From: Antedon mediterranea
Taxonomy: Eukaryota; Animalia; Echinodermata
Direction: 5' to 3'
Length of the DNA: 64,000 nt
Assembly: GCF_964355755.1 (NCBI RefSeq)
Contig: NC_092676.1
Span: 15,022,871 to 15,086,870 of the forward strand
Part shown: positions 36,801-48,579 of the stretch, one piece after another
Position numbering within the stretch: position 1 is the first letter of the stretch
Layout of the letters: every line of letters starts with the position of its first letter
Made by a program: the position numbers and the translations under genes
Notes under the pieces: model-generated
What the model was told of the DNA's origin: nothing
What the model saw: the letters and a program-made list of their open reading frames with translations, nothing else
Database searches by the model: none

Positions 36801-39800
36801 GTGGTTGAGATGTGTCTACTTGTATTGCTTGTTGGCCTACAGATCCTGAGCTTGATGAAGCTGCACTGCTGGCCGTAGCTATCACATTTGGTGCTGGACT
36901 ATTAACAATGAATAAAGAGAATGAACAGACTGATTTACAACACACATTTTAAAAGGGCTGCAAAATGTACCAACTAAACCAATATAATTAAAAGAGGATT
37001 ATTAAACTATGATTGAATTACATTTTTTTAAATTACATTTTGATAAATATATTAAGAATTTAATTCACATTTTTATCAATTTGCAATTAAATGTGATGGT
37101 GTACAACACTTATGAAAATGACACTAAAAAGACATGGAATTAAGAATTTGTTTTTGTTTTTACTCTTCCCACCTTTTGAATATAATGAATGTTTTTTTCA
37201 TAGTTTATATTCAAATATGAGTGACTTTTCTGTACCTTCCTAGCAAATTACCGACACCAGAAAATGCTTTGACTTTGGGCTTAGGAGCTGTATACTCCTC
37301 TTCTCTATGATCTTCCATATCTAGGTGAACTTCACCACCCCTTGCCTGTTGTAAAAGTTCATGTGGTATTTCCCTATTTAAAAAGAAAATTAAGAAATAT
37401 TGTTAAATCAAATGTGATTAAATATGTAAAAAATGTGTGAAAACTTTAAACTCAATGAAAAATAATTGGGGTTTTTTCATAATTGTTATATACTGTATTC
37501 ATGTCATTTAATAACCAATCACACTGTTCACCTGCCTGCCATCCAACCTCCTCCTCCTGCCACCCCTTTGCTGCTGGCTATCAGGATTGTTGTACATCAT
37601 GAAATTAATGAGGCAACATTCAAAAGCCAGTTTATTATTCCTATTTTGCAATCAATCATGGACACACATATTTAAATACTGAAATTTATAATTACTGAAC
37701 TGAAATTCATATTACTGAACAGGATCAACAATTTAATAAATATAACTAAACAACAATAAACCCTTTCTTGTACTTGTCCTAGATCTGTGGTGTCCACTAA
37801 TAGGAGGTTCAGCTGTAAATCTGACAAAAAAAACTATACCCTTTGCTTATACTTCCAAGGAATGTTGCATTTTTTTTATCTTTGTAATCACGCAACTCTT
37901 CATCGTTGATGGTAAATCCATTTTTCCAAAGCTTAACTTTACAGTGCATTTCTTTTTCTTCTTTTTTCAATTTTTGTCCATGTACAGTTTGACTTGGTTT
38001 ATCTTCTGTGTCTCCTAATCTGTAGCCTACTCCAGCAAAATTCCTTGGTTTTGAAGCCATGATAGGATTGCTACCAGCAGATACTTCCTCTGCACCATGT
38101 CTGTGACATTTTAAATAGTAAAAACATTATAGTTCAAACTGTGAAATATTTACTTTAAATCACTGTTAGTGTTTAATAGAATACAATTATTGTAAACCTT
38201 TATTCAACTAATCTGTGGCTGCCATCTTGAATTGAATATGGAAAAGTAGCCCATACAAAGGCAGAACACAGATATACTCTTCTGCCCAACTTAATTGTAC
38301 TGAACATTTTAAAACTAGAAAAATGGTAATTTAATAATGTCTTACTCTTTAGCTTTTTTAAAAAGGTTGTCTACTATTTCACTTGTTTTCTTCTTTTTTG
38401 GTCCAACAACCTGCTGTCCACTGAAGCCAAAGTGCACAAATATATTATTGACAACAGTATCCAAAAACACACCCACATAAAAAAAATACATTCTTTATAT
38501 TATAATTGAACAACAATTTATTATTAATCATCAAATTATTATTAACTTAAATTAAATAATAACTCATACCCTGATGAGACATTTTGGTCACGGAAGGCCG
38601 CCGAAGGAAGCATTTCGCGAGTTTGAATAAATTTAGTGAAAACATTTTATTTGCACACTACAAACTGTTTCATGAAGGTGAAAAAAATTGCTAGGCTCTG
38701 ATAAAATAGATATAAAGTGCAATATTCACAGGAAGAGACTAACTAAAAGTTTTGTGGTTAATTACGATAAAAAGAGAAAAACAAGGCACTAGCTAAGTAG
38801 CTCAAATGTCCTCTCGTGTACGGTCTTAGGCCTAGCTTATAATACCTACTGTAGGCTTAGTTTTGTAGGCCTAGCTTGTAAACATAAATTAATCAGACCT
38901 TGATTTAAAAGGAGCGCCATGGCGCTGACGCTCCTTGGCGCTCCTGAAAACGATCAAAGGAGCGCCTAAAATAGCGCTCCCCAACCTGTTACAGTGCGTC
39001 ATAAAAATATATATAATGATAAGAATATTAACCCCGAATACAACACACTGTCTATATATAGTCGCGCAAACGATCTTTGTTATGGCTACCCCCGATAGGC
39101 TAGGCGCGGCTACGATCTTTGATGTTGCGAGAAAAATATCGTAAACAATTCATTCTAAATATAGTATCAGAACGTTCAGTCGGTCGCTCAAAAAGACTGC
39201 CGACAGAAGACCGTAATTATACAGACCTGGTTTTTTTGGTCACATGGCATGAAACGCGATACTCTATGCTTTACCGCAACATCTTTTTTTAACTCAGTAC
39301 GAGAGGGTGGCTGCCAACGATAAACAGTAATTAAGATCGTGATCGTGTACCTGGATTTTGTGTCACATGACATGAAACATAATACTCTCTGATCTTAACT
39401 GCTCACATGTTTTCCCCTCCAAAATCTGGTCGGGCCTTTTATACACATGTCGTAATCATTTTAAAAGGCTTAAGCCTTTATGTTAAATAAATATTAAATA
39501 ATATGGAATATATATTTATTTTGCATATATTTTGCTGGTGTCCTAGCCTAGGCTAGGTGTCGTTGTTTATAATTCGCTAACCCAAGGTAGGATTAAATAA
39601 TTTATAGTGTAGGCCGCCGAAACAAGACTAGATAGCCTCGACTCTCTCTCTGCGTGAGCTGCTGAGGTCCACGGACCCGATGTCGTCTCGTCGGCGGATT
39701 TCCGTCCAAATTAGGATAACCGATGCGTAGGCCTAGCTAGGGTGGCTACAAAAATTGATGTCTACTATCTTTAGATAGGATTTTAATTAGAAAACAATAC

Positions 39801-42755
39801 ATTGTTTGTTTGCATTGTCCATGCTTCTAAATAAAGGCGATGACAATGGTGTTTACTAACCCTACGAACCACCCTACGATCGACGCGTAGATAATTATCA
39901 TAACAATACATCGTAGACTACGTTCAGAGAACAATGACCTACGATGAATTTTACGTGCGAGAGTACCATTTCCGGCCATCTAGAGGTGTCATTTATCAAA
40001 ATTCGGCTCGCCACAGGCCCAACCATGGTGGGCCTGTGCCTCGGGTACTTAATCAAAATAATGGCTCTCCTCAACATATTGAGGAGAGCCATTAGGAGCT
40101 CTCCTCTTATATTTATAAATCAAGGTCTGAATTAATATTAATATATTTTAATAAGACACTGTACCTATGATCTGATCCACCTGCATAAAAGCGTTGTCCT
40201 TCATCTTCATCATCAGTGTTTTGGTTTTTCTTCATATCATTGACTGTCACAACCCTGCAATTAAAAACATGAAACTTCTAAGGACTGTTTATGTTGCAAG
40301 TTAGTTTAGCGTTTAAAAAAAACACAAATTGTCGTGTCAGCAAAAACAAATTACAGTTAAAAACATGCAATCGATTGGATGTTAGAACTCATTTAACCAG
40401 TTATGCTGGCTGTTATGGGTCAACTACTATAGTACTTTGGAAACCCTCAGACCCAATTAGTCAATTCTAGAAGTGATAACTTAGATTCTGTTAATATCAC
40501 AAACATGCCATTTTAACAAAAACATCAATTTTAGTGGATGATGACTTTGGGCATTTGACATAATTCACAATTTACATTTAGGTTGTTGCAAAAAGCAGAT
40601 AAAAATCAATTTAGCAAAAATTGTGTATAAACAATACACAAATCTATTTGGCAAATAAATTGTTATTTGATGTTATGCAGCAGACGTAATTATATATTAT
40701 CATGTTTATTTGATAATTCTAATTCCCATAATCATCCAATAAAATGACAGGAATCTATTCAGGTGTTATATATTAGGATTTAGTAAATTGAAGCTGATGT
40801 ACCTATTTGACTTGGGTCTTGAAGTTGTTGGATTTGATACAGGAGGAGTAGCATCTACAATGTCAGGTTGTGGACGTTGAGTAGCGGCTGATTCATCGAC
40901 AACGTCCATTGATGTATCATCTTCTTCATAAAAACTTCCAAGCGCAACCTATATAATTATTAAAGCAACATTCTTTATTATAGAGAAATCATATTAACAT
41001 AAATATTAGTAACCATTAGTGATCTTTATCATCAAGTCTTTTTTATTTTGTATCAAATCAACCAATATTCTGAAAATTTAGTTTTACATTGTTTAAGCAC
41101 CCAATTCCAAGTTGTTTTAAAATATAGCCGATTGAAGACAGGGTACAATGATCTTCAGAATTTGCAAAAAATGAGTATTTGAATATTCTGCACTTCAAGA
41201 TACAAAGCTGTAAATTGGTATCTAGGGTCACTTATTACCAAATAATGCTCTGATCTCAAAATATATGTATTTCATATACTTTTCTATTTAATTGCTACCG
41301 AAAACTTTTATATTACTTAAAATTATGATAATATTTTGTATACTAAAAGTATGTACAGTATGTATAACAGTATTTACAGTCATATAAAAAATAATTATAA
41401 AGTTCTGTTTTACATAATTGAATTTTTTTATTTGTATTCTATTTGAAGTTTGGAATGTCAAAATGTGATTTCTATCTGTAGGTAGCTTGTACTGCCGTCC
41501 TCCATGCCCTTATACAACCAGGCCCGTAGCCAGAATGGGTCCAGGGGCTGAAGGCCTGGAAGCTTTGGCTCTCAGAGCATACTGACCTTAAATTTTGTGT
41601 TTTTTTCGCATGTGATGTGAAAAAATCTGGGCAAAAAGATTGAATTGAACGTGATATTGTGCGTCCAGAAAAGCCTGGCCAAAGCACGCGATTGATCAGT
41701 CAATTTTTCTGTCATAATATTTATAACCATCATCTCAATCTCACGCTCAGCAGTGACTTTGACATCGGACACAAATTACAAATCACAAAATATAATTCTT
41801 GCCTCTTGTACAAAAATTAAGTTTTTTAGACAAGCAGTTTTTGATAAAATACAATTTTAGTTACTTGTTACTTTAAGACTGCTCACCAACTTTTGACATT
41901 TCTGTCCTATCTTTTATCATTCCAAGTCTAAAAATAATTTTAAAATGTGGTCCAGAATTGGAACCGTGGTCCCAATTGCCTCCAAAATCACATATCTATC
42001 TGTATTTTGGGAAGATCTTTTTGGTCGGAGTTCACAAATTTTGGAAAAACTAATTTTTTACTAGATCGGCTGGACATTCGCTATATTATGTTTCGAAGTT
42101 GACCTAGGCATATATACTAGTTTAATTGATGTTCACCCTGTAGTGCCATTGTGTCTTTACCGTGGGAAATTTATATTTATATTCGCCGTCGAGTAGATAA
42201 AAACACGCACAAAGAAAACGATTAAGATTAAAAAACAATTTATTTATATACGCAGCTGGTGAATGTTTTTTAACTGGGTAATCTCTCCCATATAGGCCTA
42301 ACTATCTATTGGGCCTACTAGCCTAGGAGGCCTAGGCCCTAGTTAGGCCTACTACTACCAGGCCTAGCCTAGGCCCTAGGCCTACACTTGTTTGTCAGTT
42401 TTTTGTTATTGATTTCCGGTGTATTTTTGGATTTTCCGATGTTAAAACATACTTCTCCACTTTCATTTCATGGGCTGTTTAGGAGGACTCTTATTAATAT
42501 TATCTAGGTAGCTAGGCCTACCTATGCATTTTACTCCCAGTGTAGAGGTAGCTACACATCGTGGGTAAGTGGATTCTTAAAAGAGGCCTCTACACTCTAG
42601 GCCTAGGCCTAGGAGTAGTAGGCTAGCCGGCTCGCTTGCTTTCATACCTGTAATTGCCATCCTGATGATTCGAGGTAAAACTCGGCCCTCATTGAATCTA
42701 CACCAGTGATATTAGCGAACTCGGTAATCATGTGCTTATTCTCTTCACTTGCCAT
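30827..42755 (-). CDS. NSFL1C: NSFL1 cofactor p47 (UBA-SEP-SHP-UBX adaptor of p97/VCP), 9 exons, 381 aa as reconstructed
   Basis: Exons 42755-42648 (FANITG..AEFYLESSGWQLQ), 40948-40803, 40254-40165 (GQRFYAGGSDHS), 38420-38346, 38100-37840 (KLWKNGF), 37373-37236 (AFSGVGNLLG), 36898-36764 (IQLRLADGSR), 34598-34539 (LVGKFNNTHT), 30959-30827 (FALMTTFPNKE..NAVLVQRLR*); total 1146 nt in frame. Confidence 0.93.
31260..31500 (-). mobile_element. Old SINE-like fragment
   Basis: TATATAGCAC..AGCGCTTCACA tail-like segment and AAAGTATCTTGCCTAAAGAAATACAA core-like segment. Confidence 0.4.
31516..33225 (-). CDS. pogo/Tigger transposase-derived protein (Brinker/HTH, CENP-B-type HTH, degenerate DDE_1); 569 aa from the first ATG
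   Basis: Uninterrupted ORF. RKSWTMQEKVDII..FGCDRKCIREW, FTASNGWLKRWKTR, CADGCKLPACIIFK, CIPGGCTS..MDACVNMAF, WVSEAWKSVSEEKIKKMFLKCGISNALDGSE and the EFLGF tail are pogo-family hallmarks. Confidence 0.9.
   Translation of the reverse strand: MNGKKMFSEENLAKNKEKKSPKRHNKDKLEHVPVKRKSWTMQEKVDIIQWHRENNSSQASTAMLFGCDRKCIREWDRNYQELLLLCGSSGLKKKKKISCGQKPLSCEMDQKLLVFLEQQRSNEIVVTNSMLQKKAFEISKELNINNFTASNGWLKRWKTRSNVTMQSGSNEHCTDDSQEEMLLFQRTIIKKRKNLHLSTHQIVNMHQIVVRFNSMIESSQEQKVKQTIASATDGELIQMPLIDVDEDLLQFEPTSSEDLMKVLTTSGNEGLIKVLSTDDGRNELIHVGNIRDEFIHANKKELSTQVLQHVDGGEGKELIEASNDNEKLTIQKRGFSVCLCVCADGCKLPACIIFKKQNGDIPPSIKPDFCLPANVRVGASSNGHIQSKWLLSRLDALREFDESLPLLVILDRPNSYNATTTCKLLEDANIATVCIPGGCTSISRMMDACVNMAFTNKLDKLWKTWVLANKEKATDAIMMTPSRCQVINWVSEAWKSVSEEKIKKMFLKCGISNALDGSEASKVIVCREFSQHPQPKKDMKNDLTLLLFDDRDDGSIEFLGFGDEDGYEI
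34752..34785 (-). mobile_element. Helitron-like 3' terminus
   Basis: Hairpin ACCCACCC-TG-GGGCGGGT 7 nt upstream of CTAG|T on the minus strand; 5' end not located. Confidence 0.55.
36036..36422. mobile_element. Palindromic non-autonomous element with nested inverted repeats
   Basis: Outer arms ~36038-36110 and ~36352-36422; inner near-perfect hairpin ~36190-36349. Confidence 0.75.
38894..40129. mobile_element. hAT-like non-autonomous element in NSFL1C intron 3
   Basis: TIR CAGACCTTGATTTA / TAAATCAAGGTCTG; AATTAAT on both flanks; subterminal GGAGCGCC/GGAGAGCC motifs; CpG-richer than the host intron. Confidence 0.75.
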
Positions 42756-43944
42756 AATTGGTGCCTTAAATACCTCCTGAAAGTAGTGAATTTAAATGGA
42801 GAAATCGCTACCACTTATTAGGCTACAACTAGCTAGGCCTCCTACAGCTAGCTACACATTTCATCATTTTAACAAAACAGATCCGGCCAAACCGTACCAA
42901 AGATTGTATAGCGCCGCCGCCGACCACCGATGATATGGAACAAGAATAATAAAACAAGAAATATTTCTTACAAATAAAAAAATATTTTTTATTTCAAATG
43001 TTTTTGAATGTGTCATTTTATTTTATTTTATAGTTATTTTACCTGAAAAAAAATGTAATTTAAAGGAACAAATACTTAAATTGTCTGTCAGACAATGGTT
43101 TTTGGGCCCGATTTTGGGTTTCTTTTCTCGTTTTATATGTGAATAAATATTAATTATTCATTATTATTATTTTTTTGTTACAGAAGTGAATACTCAATTT
43201 CTGTCACTTTAGTTAATTTTATTGCTAAGTTGAAGTCTGGGGGTCACTTCATCACCCTAGATATTTAAAGTGTGAAGTATCCTATTACAAACACAAACTT
43301 TAATGGACTGTTTCGATAATAATTCAATGAATATCTGACAGTAAATTACAGTCAAAAGTCATAAATACCAGAAATGCTTTGGGATTTGTAATTTTAGCAT
43401 GACATGTCCTAATAGACTATTTTCCCAGACGTTTTTTTGGGTCTACAGTAGCAGCTGGAAATCTATAAAATAATTATAGTGGAGTTGCCATTTTCGCAAA
43501 ACTGTCATCCTTAGAACTATAACTGCTGCTTGCTTTAGCTTCTGATTGAGTAGTCCAAATGGGACGTAGCGGGCTAGAGCAGCAGCGTGAAATAAGTCAC
43601 AAAATAAACATGAGTATTCATTAGTCATATTCATAAGGTGTGACGTAAGAATTGATCTAACTACAATTAACAAATGCAAACGCTTTCTGTCGACCCGTCT
43701 GTGTAGTCGAATACTACAGTATTTGCATTATATTTCTTGAATAATAGTAAATATATACATTTTTAATTTGATTTTGAAGAAATATTCATTTATTTTTATT
43801 ATTTGAATGGGTACCAGAACCAGAATGAGTAGTCAATTAATTTCCTCTCGACATTCACTAAGAATTTAGAAAAAAAACTTATTTGCCACTCAAATTTCAG
43901 AATTAGCATCATGAAACTGATCTTATCAAGGGCATTCATACACT

Positions 43945-44003
<59 letters not shown>

Positions 44004-44126
44004 CCAAAGGCAAATTACTGAAAAAAATGACAATGCTGTGGGTATCAGTGGCTGGATCTCAATGGAGATACAAAAATAAAAAGCGAAAAGCTATTATCAA
44101 AACGATAAAGTAAACAGCCAGAAAAG

Positions 44127-44168
44127 TTAGCAGAGCTTTCGGTCAATACTAGCCCTTCATCAGTGCAA
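44127..44168 (-). ncRNA. Minimal type I hammerhead ribozyme, copy 1 (one stem II mismatch)
   Basis: UUGCA-CUGAUGA-A-GGGC-UAGUAUU-GACC-GAAA-GC-UC^UGCUAA. Confidence 0.6.
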
Positions 44169-44175
44169 GTGAAGG

Positions 44176-44240
<65 letters not shown>

Positions 44241-44477
44241 TAATTAAATTTCAGTATATCACCGGGCGGTTTAGAATTAATGTTCTTTGCCTACTGATCG
44301 GTTTATATATATATATATATATAAATGTCCTCGTGAATAAAAATACTGAAAGATGAGGGCGTATCAATTTGATCTCTGTTTCGCGTGCGTACAACTGAGG
44401 ACTAGTGCTGTTCCGCCGTACCACGCCGAGAATGTTAAAGAGTTGTTATCCAATCAAGTTCGAACAATACCATGAAA

Positions 44478-44549
44478 GCCCCAGTGGTCTAATGGTTAGG
44501 ACATCTGCATATCAAGCAGGCGGTCCGAGTTCGAGTCTCGGTTGGGGCG
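44478..44549 (+). tRNA. tRNA-Asp(ATC)-like cloverleaf, probably repeat-borne or a pseudo-tRNA
   Basis: Acceptor GCCCCAG/TTGGGGC, D arm GTC/GAC, anticodon stem TCTGC/GCAGG with loop ATATCAA, T arm CCGAG-TTCGAGT-CTCGG, G discriminator, T5 run just downstream; truncated copy at 44842-44902. Confidence 0.6.
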
Positions 44550-45110
44550 ACTTTTTCTCATTCTCACAGATTTCCTCATCTTTATCGTTTCAAATTAATT
44601 AATTAAATTTCAGTATATCACCGTGCGGTTTAGAATTAATGTTCTTTGCCTCTTGTGTTTATATATATAAAAGTATCTCTTCGGAGATCCCGCCTCGTGA
44701 ATAAAAATACTGAAAGATGAGGGCGTATCAATTTGATCTCTGTTGCGCGTGCGTACAACTGAGGACTAGTGCTGTTCTGCCGTACCACGCCGAGAATGTT
44801 AAAGAGTCGTTATCCAATCGAGTTCGAACAATACCATGAAAGCCCCAGTGGTCTAATGGTTAGGACATCTGCATATCAAGCAGGCGGTCCGAGTTCGAGT
44901 CTGAAATTAATTAAATTTCAGTATATCACCGGGCGGTTTAGAATTAATGTTCATTGCCTGATGTGTTTATATATATATATATATAAATCCAAAGGCAAAT
45001 AACTGAAAAAAATGACAATGCTGTGGGTATCAGTGGCTGGATCTTAATGGATACACAAAAATAAAAAGCGAAAAGCTAAATCAAAACGATAAAGTAAACA
45101 GCCAGAAAAG

Positions 45111-45152
45111 TTAGCAGAGCTTTCGGGCAACACTAGCCCTTCATCAGTGCAA
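45111..45152 (-). ncRNA. Minimal type I hammerhead ribozyme, copy 2 (intact)
   Basis: UUGCA-CUGAUGA-A-GGGC-UAGUGUU-GCCC-GAAA-GC-UC^UGCUAA; palindromic AGCU stem III as in Penelope-type minimal hammerheads. Confidence 0.7.
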
Positions 45153-48100
45153 GTGAAAGAATTTGGATAACGTCATAGTATAAAGCTGGCAAGTGCTGCC
45201 TGGGTGGACAGGAATAAAAGAAATATAACAAAGGGAGCCAGGGTGGCGTCTGAATAAAAGTAGAATATATATATATATATCCAATGAGCTATGCTCGACG
45301 CGATTATGAGATCATGTTCCGAATATGAGCACTGTTTCTATAATTTACAGTATGATTTATATATAATTTACACAGTGCTACGCAACATCATTGATTTATA
45401 TATATATATATATATATATAAGAAGTTCATGTAAACACTTGTTTGTAAAAAATGCATGTAATTATGATGATGCAAAGTTGCCCCATTGATGCTTTCATTG
45501 TGGCAATATAGCTATTACTAAACAATCTTTTAAACAAAGTATTGAAACATAATAATCAAGCTATATATCAATTCTGTCGTGTTCTGCATATATGAAGGGT
45601 TTATTTGCACATATCTGTGATTTTACCCACATTTCAATTCCGGTTTTAATTAAAAATGAAACAAAAATCATTCTTTTAATATGTAATTCATAAATATTCC
45701 TTTTCATAATTAATCGGAAATATGGATGTACTGTAGCAATGTTAAAAGTAAAACAACGTATTGCAATTTCTTATTGAAAATTGAAAGAAACAATTATGAT
45801 GTAACTTAGTAATGTCAATTAATGATGTAGAGAACATGCACCTCATCATTGTGTCATTGACTATTTACCATCTGGACTGATATCAAATTGATTGTTTAAT
45901 TAAGTACAAAAAGCATATGCCTGTAATAATAATTTGTTGTCTGCTAATCAACAAGCTAGCTAGCTAATAGTGGATTATTGTGTATAGGGCCAACATAATC
46001 AAATCATTGCATATTGTTATTCCATCCCAAATTAAACATTTGTCCAGTAATTCTACATTTCTGTATAATATAATAATAATCATACATTTTATTATTCATG
46101 TGTTTAAACTGAAACTCACATCTTTTACGTTTTTACTCACTCACACACACACTGACGACAGTCGTTGGTACAACTTACTACCATTTTAGCACTCTTATAA
46201 ACTGTTATATTATGTATAACAACAATCAATGTACACAATCCATATTTTATTGGAAACAGGGGGGGGGGAGGGGTACAATACTATATTCCAAGTATTCTAA
46301 TAAGTATTACCTTTAAAATTAAATATTGCATAATGCCAGTTTGAACAAATACTGCAGTAGAATGTAATTTAATTGTCAAGAGGATAAGTTACACTTTTTT
46401 GGGTTAAAAGATTTATACAGTATTTTAATTTAAATTGTCTTTATAGCCTAAAATATGTGAAAAACATAAAAGAGATGTAGTATATCTTACAAACTAAACA
46501 GCACCCATTGAGATGCTACAGTATTTCGTATGATAAAGGTATAGCATAAGTGGGATGAAAAACCACACATTGAATGCAATATTTCAGAACAATTTGCAAT
46601 CCTGTTTCTAACAAAACCTAATCAAAATCTAGTTTGTACTATAATGTTGTATTGCAATATGTGTTGCCGCCAGTGTGTATTGCACAATGGTTACCGTTTG
46701 CAGCTACAAACAATAATCATTAATAGAAGAAGTTATTAAGTATATTTTCATAAAGAAAAATAAATACACATTGCATTAGTATACTGTACTTGAGTAGGAT
46801 AACTTATATTTGTGTTTCATTCCAGTTTCACAGATAAAATTAATAACAAGTTATGCAACTAGATAAATTATGTTATTTTTTCAAGATTATTTCAGTAAAT
46901 AATATTTGAAAGAATATTAATAACAAAATAAAATAAAATGCAGTTTAGTTCATAATATACTGCACTGAGCATTCAATTATTTAGAATGTATGATTATACA
47001 TTTGTTACCATCTTAAACATTTTATCAGCATATTTTTGTACAATAAAGGAAAATCAATTACATAAAAAACTGAAATTATGGGAAAATAACATGTATTATT
47101 GTTATAAACTAATCATGTATTTCAATGAACAGTATCTTAATAGGTTTTCTTAATTAAAACCAAGTTCAATCATCATTATAATAACACAAAGAGTGGGTAA
47201 CAATCAAATTTTAAGCATTATTTAAGATAATTTTGAATATGGTGAAAAATAGGTTAAATAAAAATATGGTACAGCTGAACCACTATGGTACATAACAAAC
47301 CATTGAATAGGCAAGTACATGTAATATAGTATAACAGTACCTACAATGATCTTTGTCATTTAATTGGAGGATTGTTGGTCAAATGATATTTAATAAATAA
47401 TCTATGAAGCATCAAAATTGCATTTTTCACTACATGCATGCAAGTGCAAATTTGTATTATGCATGTTCATTCTTGTTATTTGTGAACGCAATCTTTGACA
47501 CGACCAAAAAAGCAGACCCATGGACTAAAGGTTAGAGAGACAAATTTGGCAGACATAGAAACCCTGTATATGGCACAGAACTCAATCTGTTTTTGAGCGG
47601 ATTTTAGAGGTTTAGACATTGAAGAAAAATTGAAACGTTGATGAATGCAATTCGATATGGGCTTAACCAATATAATGGGCTTAACAAATTATAAATCTAG
47701 TTAAGGTATTCAAAGGGCAACAACATGGACCCAAATTGCCACGTCGATCTGAGTCCTAGTTGAAGAATTAGTCTTGTACAAGGCATTAAAAGGAGCTAAA
47801 AGGATAAATTATAATTTCCAAAAGTTGAATCAAATGATACTATTGCTATAATAATAATAAATGGGGCTTATATAGCGCATTATGCAAAGCCTCAAAGCAC
47901 TGAACAAAAAAAGTTTAAAAGGTGAGTTTTCAGATTCCCAAGATAAATTGATTCCATGTGAATTCATTAGACTCTTCTACAATTTTTATCTTGTTTGTGT
48001 TTGACAGTTAAACATTTAAAAAAGTAAACTGGAACTAAATTGTCAAGAGGACAGAAGAGGAGAGCAGAAAGGAGATAATTTTTTAATGTACCCTCCAATC

Positions 48101-48579
48101 AAATGACAAAACAATCTACGTAATGCAATGACAAAAATATTTCATTTGATGAAAGATGAAATGTTCTATTTTCACAATATTAAATATTTGTACCATTACA
48201 CTTTAAACAGTTATTCTTTGTACTGTCTTGTTTGCAAATAAAGAGGTCTCATTAAAATATGGTATATTCTTCATGTTTATGTATATTTGTTTGACTAAAT
48301 TGTTTTATTATTCAGTGGCTACACTGAACTTGGTATTATTACAATCATGAGTAAAATACAAGACAAACATTAATGCTTTTGACATTTTGAACAAAATTAA
48401 TAACTTTAATTTCATTTATTTATTCATTAACTTAAATTCTTAGGATCTGCTAACTTTATAATTGATTATTAGCATACAATTGTTTTATTTATTGTAATTA
48501 GTTCACAGGTATAACTTGTTATTAAGTTTGTTAATATCTACTTATACTTAAGGTCAGTTTTTGATCAAATCATCCATTT

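Larger units (their letters stand above)
43948..45282. repeat. (TA)n-delimited composite repeat (A - tRNA unit x2 - A)
   Basis: Block A at 44000-44180 repeats at 44985-45161; tRNA-containing block at 44329-44670 repeats at 44693-44968; (TA)n runs at the junctions. Confidence 0.85.

Noticed and set aside
38570-38610. CTGATGA-GAC..GTC as another hammerhead
   Set aside because: No GAAA directly after stem II and no convincing stem I or III
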